From positions 41,788,001 to 41,852,000 of the forward strand of contig OX597821.1 in NCBI GenBank assembly GCA_951406725.2: DNA of 64,000 bases. Direction: 5' to 3'. Positions within the stretch are counted from its first letter, which is position 1; each line of letters starts with the position of its first letter. This document shows, one piece after another, positions 41,582-57,194 of the stretch. Made by a program: the position numbers and the translations under genes. The DNA is from Octopus vulgaris (taxonomy: Eukaryota). The notes under the pieces were generated by a model. The model saw only the letters and a list, made by a program, of their open reading frames with translations. It was not told the DNA's origin and searched no databases.

Positions 41582-42301
41582 TGTTTATACTTGCCTTCTA
41601 CTGTTACTATAATTTTACAGGAATATTTAATCCATCAAAAGCCCATGCTGGAGTCTAATAAAAAAATCTCATTATGGCCGTCTGATTGATCAAGCATTCG
41701 TGAAAACTAAAGAAAAGGACAAAGACATCAGCGAAATAAATGTAATTAGAATAATCAATAATTAGTGGATACTTTTATTTGCTTTTTCTTTTTCTCTCAT
41801 ACGCCCCGTGTATTTATAAATATGCGTATTCATAAACATGTCTGTGTGTGTCTGTGTACATTGGGTGGTTTCCGAATGCACAAACACGCATATATACTAG
41901 TCTAGACTACCCGTGAACCGTTGGGTCACCAGGAAAGTCTGAATTTCCCAACAATGGAGTTTTGTTTCGTGAGTTATGTCTTTCTTTTCCACGTTATTTC
42001 GCATACTTTCAACGAATGTGACATCGAAATCACGGGTAAACGGCTCCTTTCCCCAGAAAAGGGAAGATTTGACTACTATTTCTTGCACGCCCTGCTACCA
42101 CGTAACAGGTATTTTGGGTCCTTTATTGTAAATAGCTGTTACGTGGTAGTAGTGCATGCTAGAAATAGCAAACAAATCTTTTGGGGTGAGATACGTTGAA
42201 TGCACTCGAAAAAACATATGGAAAAAAATTACATCACACTAAGGTTACGAATGTAACAGGCTCACTTTCTAATGTATTATATATATATATGTGTGTGTGT
42301 G

Positions 42302-42359
<58 letters not shown>

Positions 42360-43021
42360 CATGTATATATACATGTATGTATACATACATGTATGGGTGT
42401 GTATATAGATAGCGACAGAGAGACAGATAGATGGACTGACAGAGACAGAGTCAGTGAGAGATGCTCATACATATGTAAATACATGCATATATATGTTTGT
42501 ATATATATATGGATGTGTGTGCGCGCGCATGCCTGTGTGTCTGCATATTATACCTTGTATTCGATGTACGACAGCTATACTTGAGTTTAGAGCTCCACAT
42601 AGATTATCGTCATCCAGTCTGCTCAGAGTGGTTTGATTGCAACTATATTAAATAGTATTACTAGTTATGATATACAGAACGAAGGTCAGAGAAATTACGA
42701 TAAACAGAAGTATTAATTATTAGTTCCTACGTTCGTTTCACCATTGTGGGGAACTCAGTATCGGGTGTTCTTAGAGCAAGTGGATGCTTAACCACGACGG
42801 ATCATCGATGAACTCTTTATTGCATTTTTTAAAGGCATCTAATTTTGCATTATGCAACAGAGACATTGGATTTCAGTAACAAAGTGCAATAAAGTGCTCT
42901 TTGATGAGCCGTTGTGTTTAAGAAATCAATTCAACTTGGAACATTCGATGCAGAATTTCATACAACCAAAATGGTGAGACGCACGGAGGAAATAAACGAC
43001 ATAAACTTGATTATCCTAGTT

Positions 43022-43149
<128 letters not shown>

Positions 43150-43185
43150 CAAAAGAGTGGGTTGTATTTCCACGCAGGAAAACAT

Positions 43186-44258
43186 ATAGGCAAATTTGTT
43201 GTTGAAAATGCACCTAAATTTGAAACACTTGTTTTTAAATAAGTGGCTGTGTGGTAAGTACCTTGCTTACCAACCACATGGCTCCGGGTTCAGTCTTACT
43301 GCGTGGTGCCTTGGGCAAGTGTCTTCTATTATAGCCTTGGGCCAACTAAAGCCTTGTGAGTGGATTTGGTAGACGGAAACTGAAAGAAGCCCGTCGTATT
43401 TATATATATATGTGTGTGTGCATGTTTGTGTGTCTGTGTGTTTGTCTCCCATCATCTCTTGACAACTGATGCTGGTGTGATTACGTCCACGTAACTTTGC
43501 GGTTCGGCAAAAGAGGCCGATAGAATAAGTACTAGGCTTACAAAGAATGAGTTCTGGGGTCGATTTGTTCGACTCAAGGCGGTGCTCCAGCATGGCCGCA
43601 ATCAAATGACTGCAACAAATAAAAGAGTAAAAGAGAATATATACCAAACTAGCTTCAACAATATTTTTTTGTTTATCAATGGTAAAAATTTAGAATTATG
43701 AATTAGAAAAACATGTTTAAAAATTTCAACGTTGACAGGTTTAAATGTTCATAACAGTCAATAATATAAAAACTGTGGATCAACATGTTTAAATGTACAA
43801 AATTTAGTAGTGTTAGTAGTGTTAATAGTGGTCGACAAGAAATGAATATCATCAAAGTTTCAGTCATACTGTGTTAAGAGGGAGAAAAACAAGGGAGAAA
43901 TGAAGATAGTAAAAAAGGGATTCGGTTTACAGTTTCTGTGATTCTCATTTTGTTGTATTTGCTGTGAAACGTTGATGATATTCATTTCTTGTCTACTTAC
44001 ACTACTAACACTTTTGAATTTCGTACATTTAAACAAGTTGATCCGCAGTTTTTATATTATGGACTGTTATGAACATTTAAACCTGTCAACATTGAAAGTT
44101 TTAAACATGTTTTTCTAATTCATAATTCTAAATTTTTACCATTGATAAACAAAAAAAAATTGCTGAAACTAGTTTGGTATATATGTAAATAATTTTGTTT
44201 TAAAACAATTTCAAGTTTTTCAAATTTAAGTGCATTTTCAACAACAAATTTGCGTGTA
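43186..44258. mobile_element. Large fold-back element, arms about 280 bp (43186-43240 plus 43638-43862 / 43965-44258)
   Basis: gcaaatttgttgttgaaaatgcac / gtgcattttcaacaacaaatttgc and long internal inverted match; left arm interrupted by SINE B. Confidence 0.85.
43240..43637 (+). mobile_element. SINE family B inside the fold-back arm
   Basis: gtggctgtgtggtaag...ccttgggcaagtgtctt...aaaagagtaaaagag. Confidence 0.9.
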
Positions 44259-44265
44259 TATATAT

Positions 44266-44302
<37 letters not shown>

Positions 44303-44321
44303 TATATATACACACACACAC

Positions 44322-44361
<40 letters not shown>

Positions 44362-44365
44362 GTAC

Positions 44366-44742
44366 ATACTCTTTTACAGTTTTACTTGTTTCAGTCATTT
44401 GACTGCGGCCATGCTGGAGGAGCGTCTTCAATCGAATAAATCGACCCCAAGACGTATTCTTTGTAACCCTAGTACATATTTTATCAGTCTCTTTTGCTGA
44501 ACCGCTAGTTTTACGGGGACGAAAACACACCAACATCGGTTGACATACATATACAAATATATAAATATATATAGATATATACAACGGACTTCTTTCAGTT
44601 TCCATCTACCAAATCCACTCACTAGGTTTTGGTCGGCCCGATATTTACCCAAGGGGACACTTGCCCAAGGTGCTAAGCAGTGGTACTGAACCCGGCACCA
44701 TGTTGTTGGGAAGCAAGCTTCTTCGCACACAGCCACGCCTAT
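44366..44742 (-). mobile_element. SINE family B
   Basis: Matches the 15195 copy. Confidence 0.88.
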
Positions 44743-45569
44743 ATGCATATACGTATACAAGATACGTATATACATGCAAACAGACGCGCACGCGCACACG
44801 CACACATATGGATGGATGTACTTTAGTAAAAAAAAGACAATTATTATCTTTTAGCGTGTCTTAATGAATGAAGTTGACGAACTTTGAGGTGAAGATTAAA
44901 TTACAAATCAGAAAGAAAAGAGAAAAAAAAAGCTAAACGGAATTGATTATTTATCAAGCAGAGATAATTATTGAGAATTGGCCAACTTTGAATTCATGAA
45001 TTCATGTTAGAACTGTTAATTGTTCAATGGATCATCTCATATAATGTGCATCGTGTTATCTCTGTTGCGGGTGATGGCCCACAGAAGAAGCTCTGGTCGT
45101 GTACGGACGTCTATGGTTATATATTTAAATCGATGTAGGTTTAGGAAAGATCTTTAATATTTGTTAATTCTACAGCAGTGATGGCTTATTTGGTTTCTTC
45201 AATGTTTTTATTTATTTTCAAGAATAATAATTATTTGACCAGAAAATTTATATTCAGTAGAACTAACCTTTGCCAACCTATACTAATGGAAAATATTAAC
45301 CGTATCTAATAGTTGTGTTTTAGAATCTATTGTCTTAGGTTTTGAAATCTAAACTTTTGAAGTAATGTTGAAATTACGTAACTCAACATAGGAAATTAAA
45401 ACATTAGGTTTTCGCAGAAAACTGGGTCTGTAACCTCCCTATTATGCGTGTTTATTGCATATTGTTTAGAATGTGCTGAATCAGCAGAAACGTACAAACA
45501 CGTATGTAATCTTCCTCTCTCATACACATATACGCACACAAATGTATGTGTGTGTGAGTGCGTGCGTGT

Positions 45570-45619
<50 letters not shown>

Positions 45620-45877
45620 GTATACATGTATGTACATATGTATATATATGTAAGTAACTGGAAACGTTCTCTGGGGACAAGCACGTTGTAGTTCAGGCTT
45701 CCACCGCTAGAAACCACTTGATGCGACCCTCAGGCATGTCTGCCGACCGGCGTCTGTTGATGTCGTACTACCACATGGTGCGTCTTTTTTGCAGTGCTTC
45801 TCTCCTGTTCGTGGATTTTTGCGATGGCTTCCGTGAAATTCTGTTTTTTTCCTTGGGGAAAACAGCAGCCGAAAGAG

Positions 45878-45960
45878 TTGTCAATCAGCCACTTGGCGTT
45901 GCATGTTTCAACGACGTGATATTTGCTTGAAACATGCAACGCCAAGTGGCTGATTGACAA
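45878..45960. repeat. Perfect 34-bp inverted repeat with 15-nt loop
   Basis: ttgtcaatcagccacttggcgttgcatgtttcaa / ttgaaacatgcaacgccaagtggctgattgacaa. Confidence 0.92.
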
Positions 45961-46168
45961 ACTAATTAATGACAAGCGCTCACTTTTAACGAACATCTCG
46001 TAACAGAGACACTCAATACAAATGTGTATTTATTAACCAGCAGAGCGCTTTCAATCGTCTGATCATTTTGAATTTACTTCTCTTTATTTTAATTTAGCAC
46101 CCTTAATGGCAAACCCCGATAGTAAGAAGAAGATGTAAGACTATTTAAAATTTTAGTTTATGCCATCA

Positions 46169-46550
46169 TCTCTCTATATATAAAGCTGAAGTTGTCTGTG
46201 TATGGCAGGTTTGGTAGCCTTCAACTAACACTATCTCATCCGAGACCCTGCGGCGCAAGTTGACCAAAATTGAGAGTATGATAGAAGAAGGCTTGCTATT
46301 CCTTCCGTAGAAGAAAAAAATTCAAATTGGACCATGTTAACACCAAAATTTATTTACATCAAAGAGGTGCTTTTTTTCTATGAAAATCCCTATTTTTTAC
46401 GATTTTGTGACTGCTGTGTCACCATTTTTCGCTGTATTTCAACCAGAAAAATGTTCACTTAAAGCTGCATAATGCAAATTTTTTACTTTTCAAAAATCCC
46501 AATTCTAAATGATCGAAACAAACCTGAGCAACGCCGGACGATACTGCTTG
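46169..46550 (+). mobile_element. Helitron He1
   Basis: Homologous to the 32769 copy; terminal CTAG mutated to CTTG. Confidence 0.8.
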
Positions 46551-46804
46551 TTTACCAATAAAGTAATGCTTATGTGACTGTTATTTCTTTTTCTTTCTTT
46601 TTTTTCTTTGTTTATTTGTTTTTTATTTCAGCCATTAAACTGTGGCGTTGCTGAGGCACCGACATGAAGACGTTTTGGTCGCATGAATCGACCCAAGTAC
46701 TTTTTTAAGCCTAGTGCTTATTCTATCGGTCCCTCTTGCCGAAACGCTAAGTTACGGGGACATAAACACATAAACACCGGTAGTCAAGCTGTGGTGGGGT
46801 ACAA

Positions 46805-46844
<40 letters not shown>

Positions 46845-46882
46845 GACACATATAGATATATATGAAAGAAGACCGTTGTATG

Positions 46883-46921
<39 letters not shown>

Positions 46922-46925
<4 letters not shown>

Positions 46926-47350
46926 AAAGGGTGAAATTAATTAATTAGGGATAATTATCAATTACACCAAGTAGATTTCGGTATGTAAAAGCCCCATTCG
47001 AGGAAAATTTAAGTAATACTAAGTAATTAAGGGTTTAGCAACGAATTGCCTCACCAACACACCGAATTTAGAAATAGCAGTCAAAGAGATATAGCTATTC
47101 CTTCTACTAAAAGGGGGATCTCAGTAAAAACACAGCACTTAAAGGCAAACACAGACAGGTAAGAAAGAAAGAATGAAATGAATTGCCGTCATTTCATTCT
47201 TTCTTTCTTACCTGTCTGTGTTTGCCTTTTAAGTGCTGTTTTTTACTGAGATCCCCCTTTTAGTAGAAGGAATAGCTATATCTCTTTGACTGCTATTTCT
47301 AAATTCGATGTGTTGGTGAGGCAATTCGTTGCTAAACCCTTAATTACTTA

Positions 47351-47354
<4 letters not shown>
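46922..47354. mobile_element. Fold-back insert in (TA)n: about 95-bp tail plus about 165-bp near-perfect arms (47016-47181 / 47189-47354)
   Basis: Direct inspection; (TA)n on both sides. Confidence 0.9.
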
Positions 47355-47406
<52 letters not shown>

Positions 47407-47414
<8 letters not shown>

Positions 47415-47760
47415 GTTGTATACTGTTAATCTAACACGAACGTGACAGTAGGGGGGTACACCACCGCTGTATAGCCCTAGGAAGCATCGAACGCCTCCTG
47501 ATGGCTTTGACACATTTTTCCCTGTGTCCTTATATACATTTACGAAGGGGAGACAAACACCCCCGGCCGCCGAAGCTGCATCTAGGGACACGTGTTTCAG
47601 GATCATTGTCCTTCATCGGCCTACAAATGTGTCAAAGCCATCAGGAGGCGTTCTATGCTTCCTAGGGCTATACTGTCACGTTCTTGTTAGATTGACAGTA
47701 TACAACCATTCTATCGCCCCACCACCGTACATGTCTCTACGAGAGATTTAGAAATTCAGT
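47407..47760 (-). mobile_element. Fold-back insert in (TA)n with hammerhead in the spacer; arms 47407-47517 / 47625-47714
   Basis: atagaatggttgtatactgt / acagtatacaaccattctat; about 20-bp indel in left arm. Confidence 0.85.
47583..47623 (-). ncRNA. Minimal type-I hammerhead ribozyme motif
   Basis: uagg-CCGAUGA-agga caauga uccu-GAA-acacgugu-C-ccua: all three stems pair, palindromic stem III, GUC site, single core change U4C. Confidence 0.78.
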
Positions 47761-47764
47761 ATTT

Positions 47765-47805
<41 letters not shown>

Positions 47806-48841
47806 GGACTTCTTTCGGTTTCCGTCCACCAAATCCATTCGTTCACAAGGCCTTGGTCGGCCCGAGGCTATAGTAGGAGACACATGCTCAAGGTGCCACG
47901 CAGTGGGACTGAACCCAGAACCATGTAGTTGCAAAGCAAGCTTCATAAAATACAGCCACGTCTGTGCCTGAAAGAAAAGAAAAATTCCACTTCTGATGTT
48001 ATGTTCTTTATCAATTTCGCAAAGTATTTTCATTAAAATTCTTTACATCTTCCCTACTAAAAAGCGAAAATGGCGCAAAAGAACGAAGGAATTAATGTTT
48101 TTAAAGTCAAGGAATTTTATTTCGATAATTTATCACCGATTCCGTGAAGGGGTCAATGACATAAGCAGTTTGCTGACCCCTGATCTAAACTAAGTCGAAC
48201 AAACGATGTTTATGGAAATTTTGATGACTAAATAGGTTTCACTGCCTTTGAGAATTATATCAAGCCAATCTGTGGTTAAATCAGCTCCGCAGTAAATGAT
48301 ATTTATCGATTAGATTTCACTGAAAACGATCTCCACCAAATTTGTTGCCCCTTCATCAAGGCGCAATGCGTTCCGTGTTATGTGCATTAATAAATTTCTC
48401 CAAAAGGTATCACTTTGAAATTAATTATTTCCAAATTTTATTTGTCTTTGTAACATAGCATGCATTATGCCGAATAATATCGATTCTGTCATTTGATAAT
48501 ATCAATTTATGTCATTTCACCTAGAAATTCGATTGTAGGCTAATGACCAGAGCAAATATAAGAGAGACTTTAAGACAGTTAATCATTGACAATCCATCCC
48601 ATACTTTGCTTCAAACAATACTCAAAACAAACAGATTAGACCGAGAGAGAATGACGGACGTTGAACTGACGTTTATCCATTAATATAATGGGACATCTTT
48701 TAACTATGACATCAACGGTGAGGGGGGGGGGATATTTTCTTGATTTCGGCACCAAAAGCCATCAACAATGAGCCCAAGACTGTGAAGAATGGTTTACTCT
48801 GAAACTCATTACGGTTTACTTTCAACACAGGTCAAACGCTT

Positions 48842-48938
<97 letters not shown>

Positions 48939-49299
48939 ACAACGTCTGCTCGAGTAAACAAGTAGGGGATGCTGATAATGCAGGTACAATACACATTCCC
49001 ACACACACACACACACACACTAAACATAAACACACACAGGGTATACGCATGCGCAAATAAAGACACTTACAACAGGAATATAAAATGGCAGATCGTTAGT
49101 GAGGAGAAACACAAAAAAAGAAAGAAGAAAGCAACTGACGAGGTCACAGAAGTGTGACGAAAAAACTTTGGCCGAAATATAATTAATATAAAATAAAGCC
49201 GAAGCAAAGGAACACCAAATATATAGTGCGCGTGTGTTTTCATTGGCTAAACTGGCAACATGACCGTCCCTATATACAACAATATATATACATACAATA

Positions 49300-50000
49300 T
49301 TATGTATGTATGTATGTATGTATGTATGTATGTATGTATGCATGTATGTATGTAGGTATGTATGTATGTACGTACGTACGTACGTATGTATGTATGTATG
49401 TATGTATGTATGTATGTATGTGTGTATTTATGTATGTATGTACGTATGTATGTATGCACGTATGTATGTATGTATGCATGCACATATGTATATGCATGCA
49501 TGTATGTGTGTATGTATGCGTGTATGTATGCATGTATGTATGCATGTATGTATTTATGTATGCGCGCATGAACGCATGTGTCTATAGATGCATACATGTA
49601 TGTATATGCATGTATGTATATACATATGTATGCAGCATATATGTGTGTTTATGTATATATGTATGTATATGCCTGTATGTATGTATATATGTATGTATAC
49701 ATGTTTATATATGTATCTAAATATGTATATATCCATGGATGTATGTATGCATATATGTATATATGTATATGTGTATATATGCATAGGTATTTGTGTATAC
49801 ATTTATGAATGCATGTATGTATGCATGTATGCGTGCATGTATGTGAGTGTGAATGCTTGTATGTATGCGTCTATGCACTATGCATGCATGTATATATGTA
49901 TGCATGTATGTTTATATGCATATGAATGCATGTATGTATGCATGCGTGTATGTATGCATGTTTGCAATTACGTATATATGTAAGTACGAATGTATGTATA
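49300..50000. repeat. Degenerate (TATG)n tract
   Basis: Direct. Confidence 0.95.
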
Positions 50001-50207
50001 GAGTGAGAGAGGGAAATTAATGTGTGTACGTCTGTGCGCTCCATTTCAAAATCTTTTAAAATAACACTAGAAAATCCAAATGGGTTTCTGTGTGTTACGT
50101 TTCGGCAGATGAACAATTGTAAGCTGATCTTTTGCCGCTGGTATTTATACGTGGTGGACTGGAAACTTAATAGAAGTAGCAAGCATTTATTAATAAAAAA
50201 CAGACTT

Positions 50208-50460
50208 TGACCTGAAATAAAGGAAGGACAGAACACTTGGATAATTTCGTTGGTCCAATCTAGATGCCTGAAAGTATGCGATTGTCATAGCTGGAATATT
50301 TTTTCATTATACATCTGTTTGATCTGGATTAACTTGGTGCTAAACAAAAACTTCCACAGTACAACTTTGTTGCCTGAAATAAAGCGAGACAGTCACGGCT
50401 GGACTATATTTTAATCATTAGTCTTTTTAATCGAGATTGACCTGGCGCTATACAACAACA
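50208..50460 (+). repeat. Diverged tandem units (about 105 bp) of a dispersed repeat also seen near 56080 and inverted near 6720
   Basis: cctgaaa...gctgga...tcatta...gattgacctggcgcta(t/a)acaac recurs. Confidence 0.5.
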
Positions 50461-50902
50461 TTCACTGATTTACTCAGCCAAAAAAAAAAAAAAATTGCAA
50501 TGGCGGAAAACGAAAGACAAGACAAATGAAAGTGCAGACGATCTGATGTCTGTATCAAAATGAAGACTATCTGTTCTCTTGTTAAATCTCTTACACGACT
50601 GTTTTAACATGCACCAAGAAGATGTAAACCAGAAATCTAGCTTTGAACAATTTCGCTTTAATTAATTTTATTACTTTGTTGTTGTTGTTTTTTATTTTTA
50701 ATGTTTGGTATTATCTGAATTTTCATTAGAAGCTTGAGGATAATAAAAATCTTAAATTAGAGTGATTATCCTGTGTGATGTGAATGGATGTGTGTTGTGT
50801 TTTCTTTTAGTTTTTGTTTTTACTTTAAGCGTGTATATATGTATGTCTGTGTGTGAGGAAGTGTATACTCATACACACATATATATATATACATATGTAT
50901 AA

Positions 50903-50967
<65 letters not shown>

Positions 50968-51164
50968 CACGCACATATATATGTATGTATATCGATATTG
51001 AAAGGAAGTGGAGAAAATAAGAAAGTCGGAGTTACAATATTTGATATAGATTGCGATTCTTCAGTTTAAGTAAACAATACGTACGTATGTGTGTGTGTGT
51101 GGTGTGTGTGTGAGTGTTTGTGTATTTGTACATATGTGACAATGTGAATGTATGCTTGTATGTA

Positions 51165-51195
<31 letters not shown>

Positions 51196-51492
51196 TGTAT
51201 GTATGTATGTATGTATGTATGTATGTATGTATGTATAGGTTTATAAACTAATAGATACAAAACGAGAGGAGGAAAGTGTTTGCTCAATGCCGATAGTAGA
51301 GGGACATAATTCATTAGAAACTGAAAAACTTTGCAAATTTTTACTGCGAGTCTCTCGCAGCCAATTTTCGGACGATTATGAATATCGGTATGAATATCTG
51401 AATGTAAGCATGTGCATATACATATATATATATATATTGGAGTGAAACCAATTAGAAGCTGGAGGATAATAAAAACTATTTTGAATTAAGAC

Positions 51493-51575
51493 GTAACTGA
51501 GGAAGATTTTGCGTAAGAGATGAAATTCCCTCTCGCTCTATATATATATTGCGCAATTACTTGAAACGTAGGTAC
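51493..51575 (+). ncRNA. Decayed type-I hammerhead motif in an insert between (TA)n tracts
   Basis: CUGAGGA 51497-51503; ttgcgtaa/ttgcgcaa stem II; GAAACGUA 51563-51570; stem I weak (gtaa/ggtac). Confidence 0.5.
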
Positions 51576-51731
51576 TAAACGCATTCAAAATACCATTACT
51601 TCCTTTAACTTCATTATTATTCATTGTACGACTCTATGTATATATACGTATGTGTGTGTGTATACATATATTTATGTGTGTGTGTGTGTACATATATATA
51701 TTACATATATATACACATATATATATATATA

Positions 51732-51807
<76 letters not shown>

Positions 51808-51868
51808 TATACATACATATTTATGTGTGTGTGTGTGTCGTCCGTTACGTTCTTGTTCCGTTTTCTAG

Positions 51869-51916
<48 letters not shown>

Positions 51917-51918
<2 letters not shown>

Positions 51919-52120
51919 GCATGATAGATCGGTAGCCACGGCACACATTTTTCTCTCTCCTTATTTCTCTCCTTGTTTTTTTTCTGTGTCCCTTTCTGTA
52001 GAAGAGCGTAGGCTCGAAACGTAAAAGACTGTTTCAATTTCCTGAGCTTTATACTAATACATCTGTTTGTTTTATACACCACCTGTCTTCGTCTTTAGTT
52101 TTTTTTTTCGTGAACTCTCC

Positions 52121-52121
<1 letters not shown>
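51917..52121 (+). mobile_element. Family H1 copy, hammerhead-like motif at 51992-52027
   Basis: cttt-ctgtaga-a-gagcgtaggctc-gaaacgta-aaag; (TA)n on both sides. Confidence 0.78.
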
Positions 52122-54065
<1,944 letters not shown>

Positions 54066-54291
54066 CAAATACATTCGACTACTGCATCTCAGTTTTCTGA
54101 TGAGGTCGAGTGGGAGGGAGAAGAGGAGGCAATAATTTATCTCTCTCCTTATGTCTTGAAAACTGACTGCAGTCGAGATAAATTTTGATAAATGCACTCG
54201 GCGATCTGGTTTCGATTTCTCCCATGGGGCGATTTAGTTTCATTACATGACTAAATGTAAGATATAGAGAATGGAATGAGCTCCACGATAT

Positions 54292-54292
<1 letters not shown>

Positions 54293-54338
<46 letters not shown>

Positions 54339-54638
54339 CCTCTCTCTCTCTCCCTCCCTCTCTCTCTGTCTCTCCCTCCCTCTCTCTCTCTCTTTCTCTC
54401 CCTCTCTCTCTCTCTATCTCTCTCTCTCTCTCTCACACACATACACTCTCTTGATCTCTGTCTGTCTATTTGTCTCTTTCTTTCTCTCTCTCCCTCTCTG
54501 TTTGTCTGTCTGTCTCTCTCTCTCTCTGTTTCTCTGCCTGTCCCTTTGTCTCTCTCTTTCTCTCTCTCTTTCTCTCTCTTTTTGTCTGTCTGTCTCTCTT
54601 TCTGCTTGTCTGTATCTCTCTCTCTTGATCTCCCTCTC

Positions 54639-54715
<77 letters not shown>

Positions 54716-54920
54716 CTGTCTGTCTGTCTGTATCTCTCTCTCTTTCTCTCTGTTTTTCTCTCTCTCTTGATCTCCCTCTCTGTTTGTCTTTGTGTCTCTC
54801 TTTCTTTTTTTTTCTCTCTCTCTTTCTCTCTGTCTCTCTCTCTCTCTATCTTTCTCGCTGACTCTCTCAATCATTTCCACTCTCTCCTTTCCCTCTTTCT
54901 CTTCATCTCTCCCTCGCTTC
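54293..54920. repeat. About 620-bp (CT)n-derived polypyrimidine tract
   Basis: Direct; recurring ctcttgatctc unit. Confidence 0.95.
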
Positions 54921-55040
54921 CTAAACAAGACCAATTCCTTTAAGAAATAGAGATTCAGTTATAGTTATGATGACTTCTGACATAGACAATCGTAATTATC
55001 TGAAGGGTCGGGTATAAAACAGCGCTACTCAAAATGAGAT

Positions 55041-55058
55041 GCAGCGCCCCCTGGCGAG
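55041..55058 (-). promoter_or_regulatory. CTCF-like motif in non-repetitive sequence
   Basis: Minus strand ctcgccagggggcgctgc matches the CTCF core CCAGGGGGCGC. Confidence 0.4.
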
Positions 55059-55202
55059 AAAAGATGTTTCTTAGGATTCTCTCGGGTCACAGCCCTCAGC
55101 AACACACTCAAGCCCTTCAGATGGAAACAGAATGACACAGAGAGGACTGGTCTAAATAAACTCGCCGCTGTCATCGAAAAAAGCGAGCTGCCCAAGTGAA
55201 CC

Positions 55203-55436
55203 TATTTCTTTATTACCCACAAGGGGCTAAACACAGAGGGGACAAACAAGGACAGATATAGGTATTAAGTCGATTACATCGACCCCAGTGCGTAACTGGT
55301 ACTTAATTTATCGACCCCGAAAGGATGAAAGGCAAAGTCGACCTCGGCGGAATTTGAACTCAGAACGTAACGACAGGCGAAATACCGCTAAGCCTTTCGC
55401 CCGAGGTGCTAACGTCTCTGCCAGCTCGCCGCCTTG
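55203..55436 (-). mobile_element. SINE family A, full length
   Basis: TSD gcccaagtgaacc / gcccaattgaacc. Confidence 0.92.
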
Positions 55437-56904
55437 CCCAATTGAACCACAAACGCAGCTCCAACCCAAGTAACCCTGTAAGTACTAAAGATAGGGAAAA
55501 GCCAGCGGCAAAACACAACCATTTTCTGTGTGAATAGGCAAACGAGGCGCTGATGACAAGACTGCGAAGTCGTGGTATTCAGTCATCATTTGATAGAAGC
55601 AACATCTGTGGAGACCACGAGTGAAAAGAAACAGTTCGACCACGAATGAAAACCATAACAAGTGAAACCCACCAGGGACAAGGTGGTATTTGTGCACATG
55701 ATTTCCAATTGTCGTCGTTCTTAATCTAATCTCATGAATAATTATACTAATGGTTTCAAACTTTGGTACGGTACATGGTCAGCAGCCTCGGGGATGCTGT
55801 TAAGTCGATTAGATCGATCCCAATGCTCGACTGGTACTTATTTTATCAAACCCGAAATGATGAATGACAAAAGTTGACCCCGACAGAATTTGAACCCAGA
55901 ACGTAAAGACGGACGAAATGCCGCTAATCATTTTTCCCGTCATCCTAACGATTCAGCCCGCTCACCAGCCAGGTCCCCCCCCCCCCCATCTCTCTAATAC
56001 CCTTAGAAAGAAAAATAAAACGCTAAGGTACCACTAGATAATGTGATCTTAAATACAACTTATATTTGAAAAAAAAAAACCAATGTACATGGTTGGAACG
56101 CCTTTGATTATAAATCTGTTCAATTAGGTCTGACCTAGGGTTAAATGACAACAACAATACTAGCGGGTTATTCACAATGGTTTTGAACTCGCTGTCTGCT
56201 GCTAACCCGGTTCTATATCCACGAAGCCATTTCACATCTAGCAAAGGAATGTATTAAATATAAATTTGGTCTTAATCTGTTAATACCACTAATCTAATCC
56301 CTGGAAGATTCGATTAGTGAAGTCGATTTCGGTGAATATGAATGCTAAGTCGCTAACTCGGTGTGAGATATGTAGGTGAGATGGCGTTTTTTATGCACAA
56401 AGATTAGATTTAACAGGGAAATTAAACCGAATTATCCGACGCTCGGATAATTCAGTTTTGTCGGACAAAGGAAGTGAGAGGCTTCCAGTCAAGAATCGAA
56501 ACAGGACTACAGTCTCTGCTTATCGAGAGCTTACCTCTTACTTTACGATACACGTTATAATCAAATATAATATTGGTTTCTCCTAACTAACCACAATATC
56601 ATTTTCTAAGTAGAAAAAAAAACAGGCTGGAGACATTCATGCCTCTCCCAAACACATTTACACATCTTCAACAAGGAACTTAGTCTGATGAGTGAAACTC
56701 AACTTGCTGACAATACTCTCCCTATTACGGCGCCCAGCACAGAAATAATTAACTAAAATATCGATTTTATTATTGATTTACTTTGTTTCGTTAATTTATA
56801 TTTTAATTTAGTTAATTAAATTAATTTGTTAATTTGTTTGGTTCCATGATTGTCTCTAATTGTTAAGTTAGAAGAGACGACACACATACATACACGCACG
56901 CACA

Positions 56905-56953
<49 letters not shown>

Positions 56954-57194
56954 GCGCACTCACGGTTTAGAGAAGTCTTACAGCCTTGTAGACAACTCTT
57001 GTCATCACGATTGAACTGAATATATTGATTTCTTGCTTAGTTAATACCCCCATCCCACCCCGCGACTCATGGATGGAGGTTGCACAATGAGCATTTGCAA
57101 CACATGTGTACCGTAACTCAAACAGTTTCAACCACACACACACACACAAACACATAAATATATTATATTAATTTTTATAAGCAGTTTAGCTTGG

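Larger units (their letters stand above)
46620..47965 (-). mobile_element. SINE family B halves flanking two fold-back inserts
   Basis: 3' half 46620-46850; 5' half 47800-47965. Confidence 0.65.

Noticed and set aside
56685-56702. ctgatgagtgaaactc
   Set aside because: No room for stem II and no stem I; chance match
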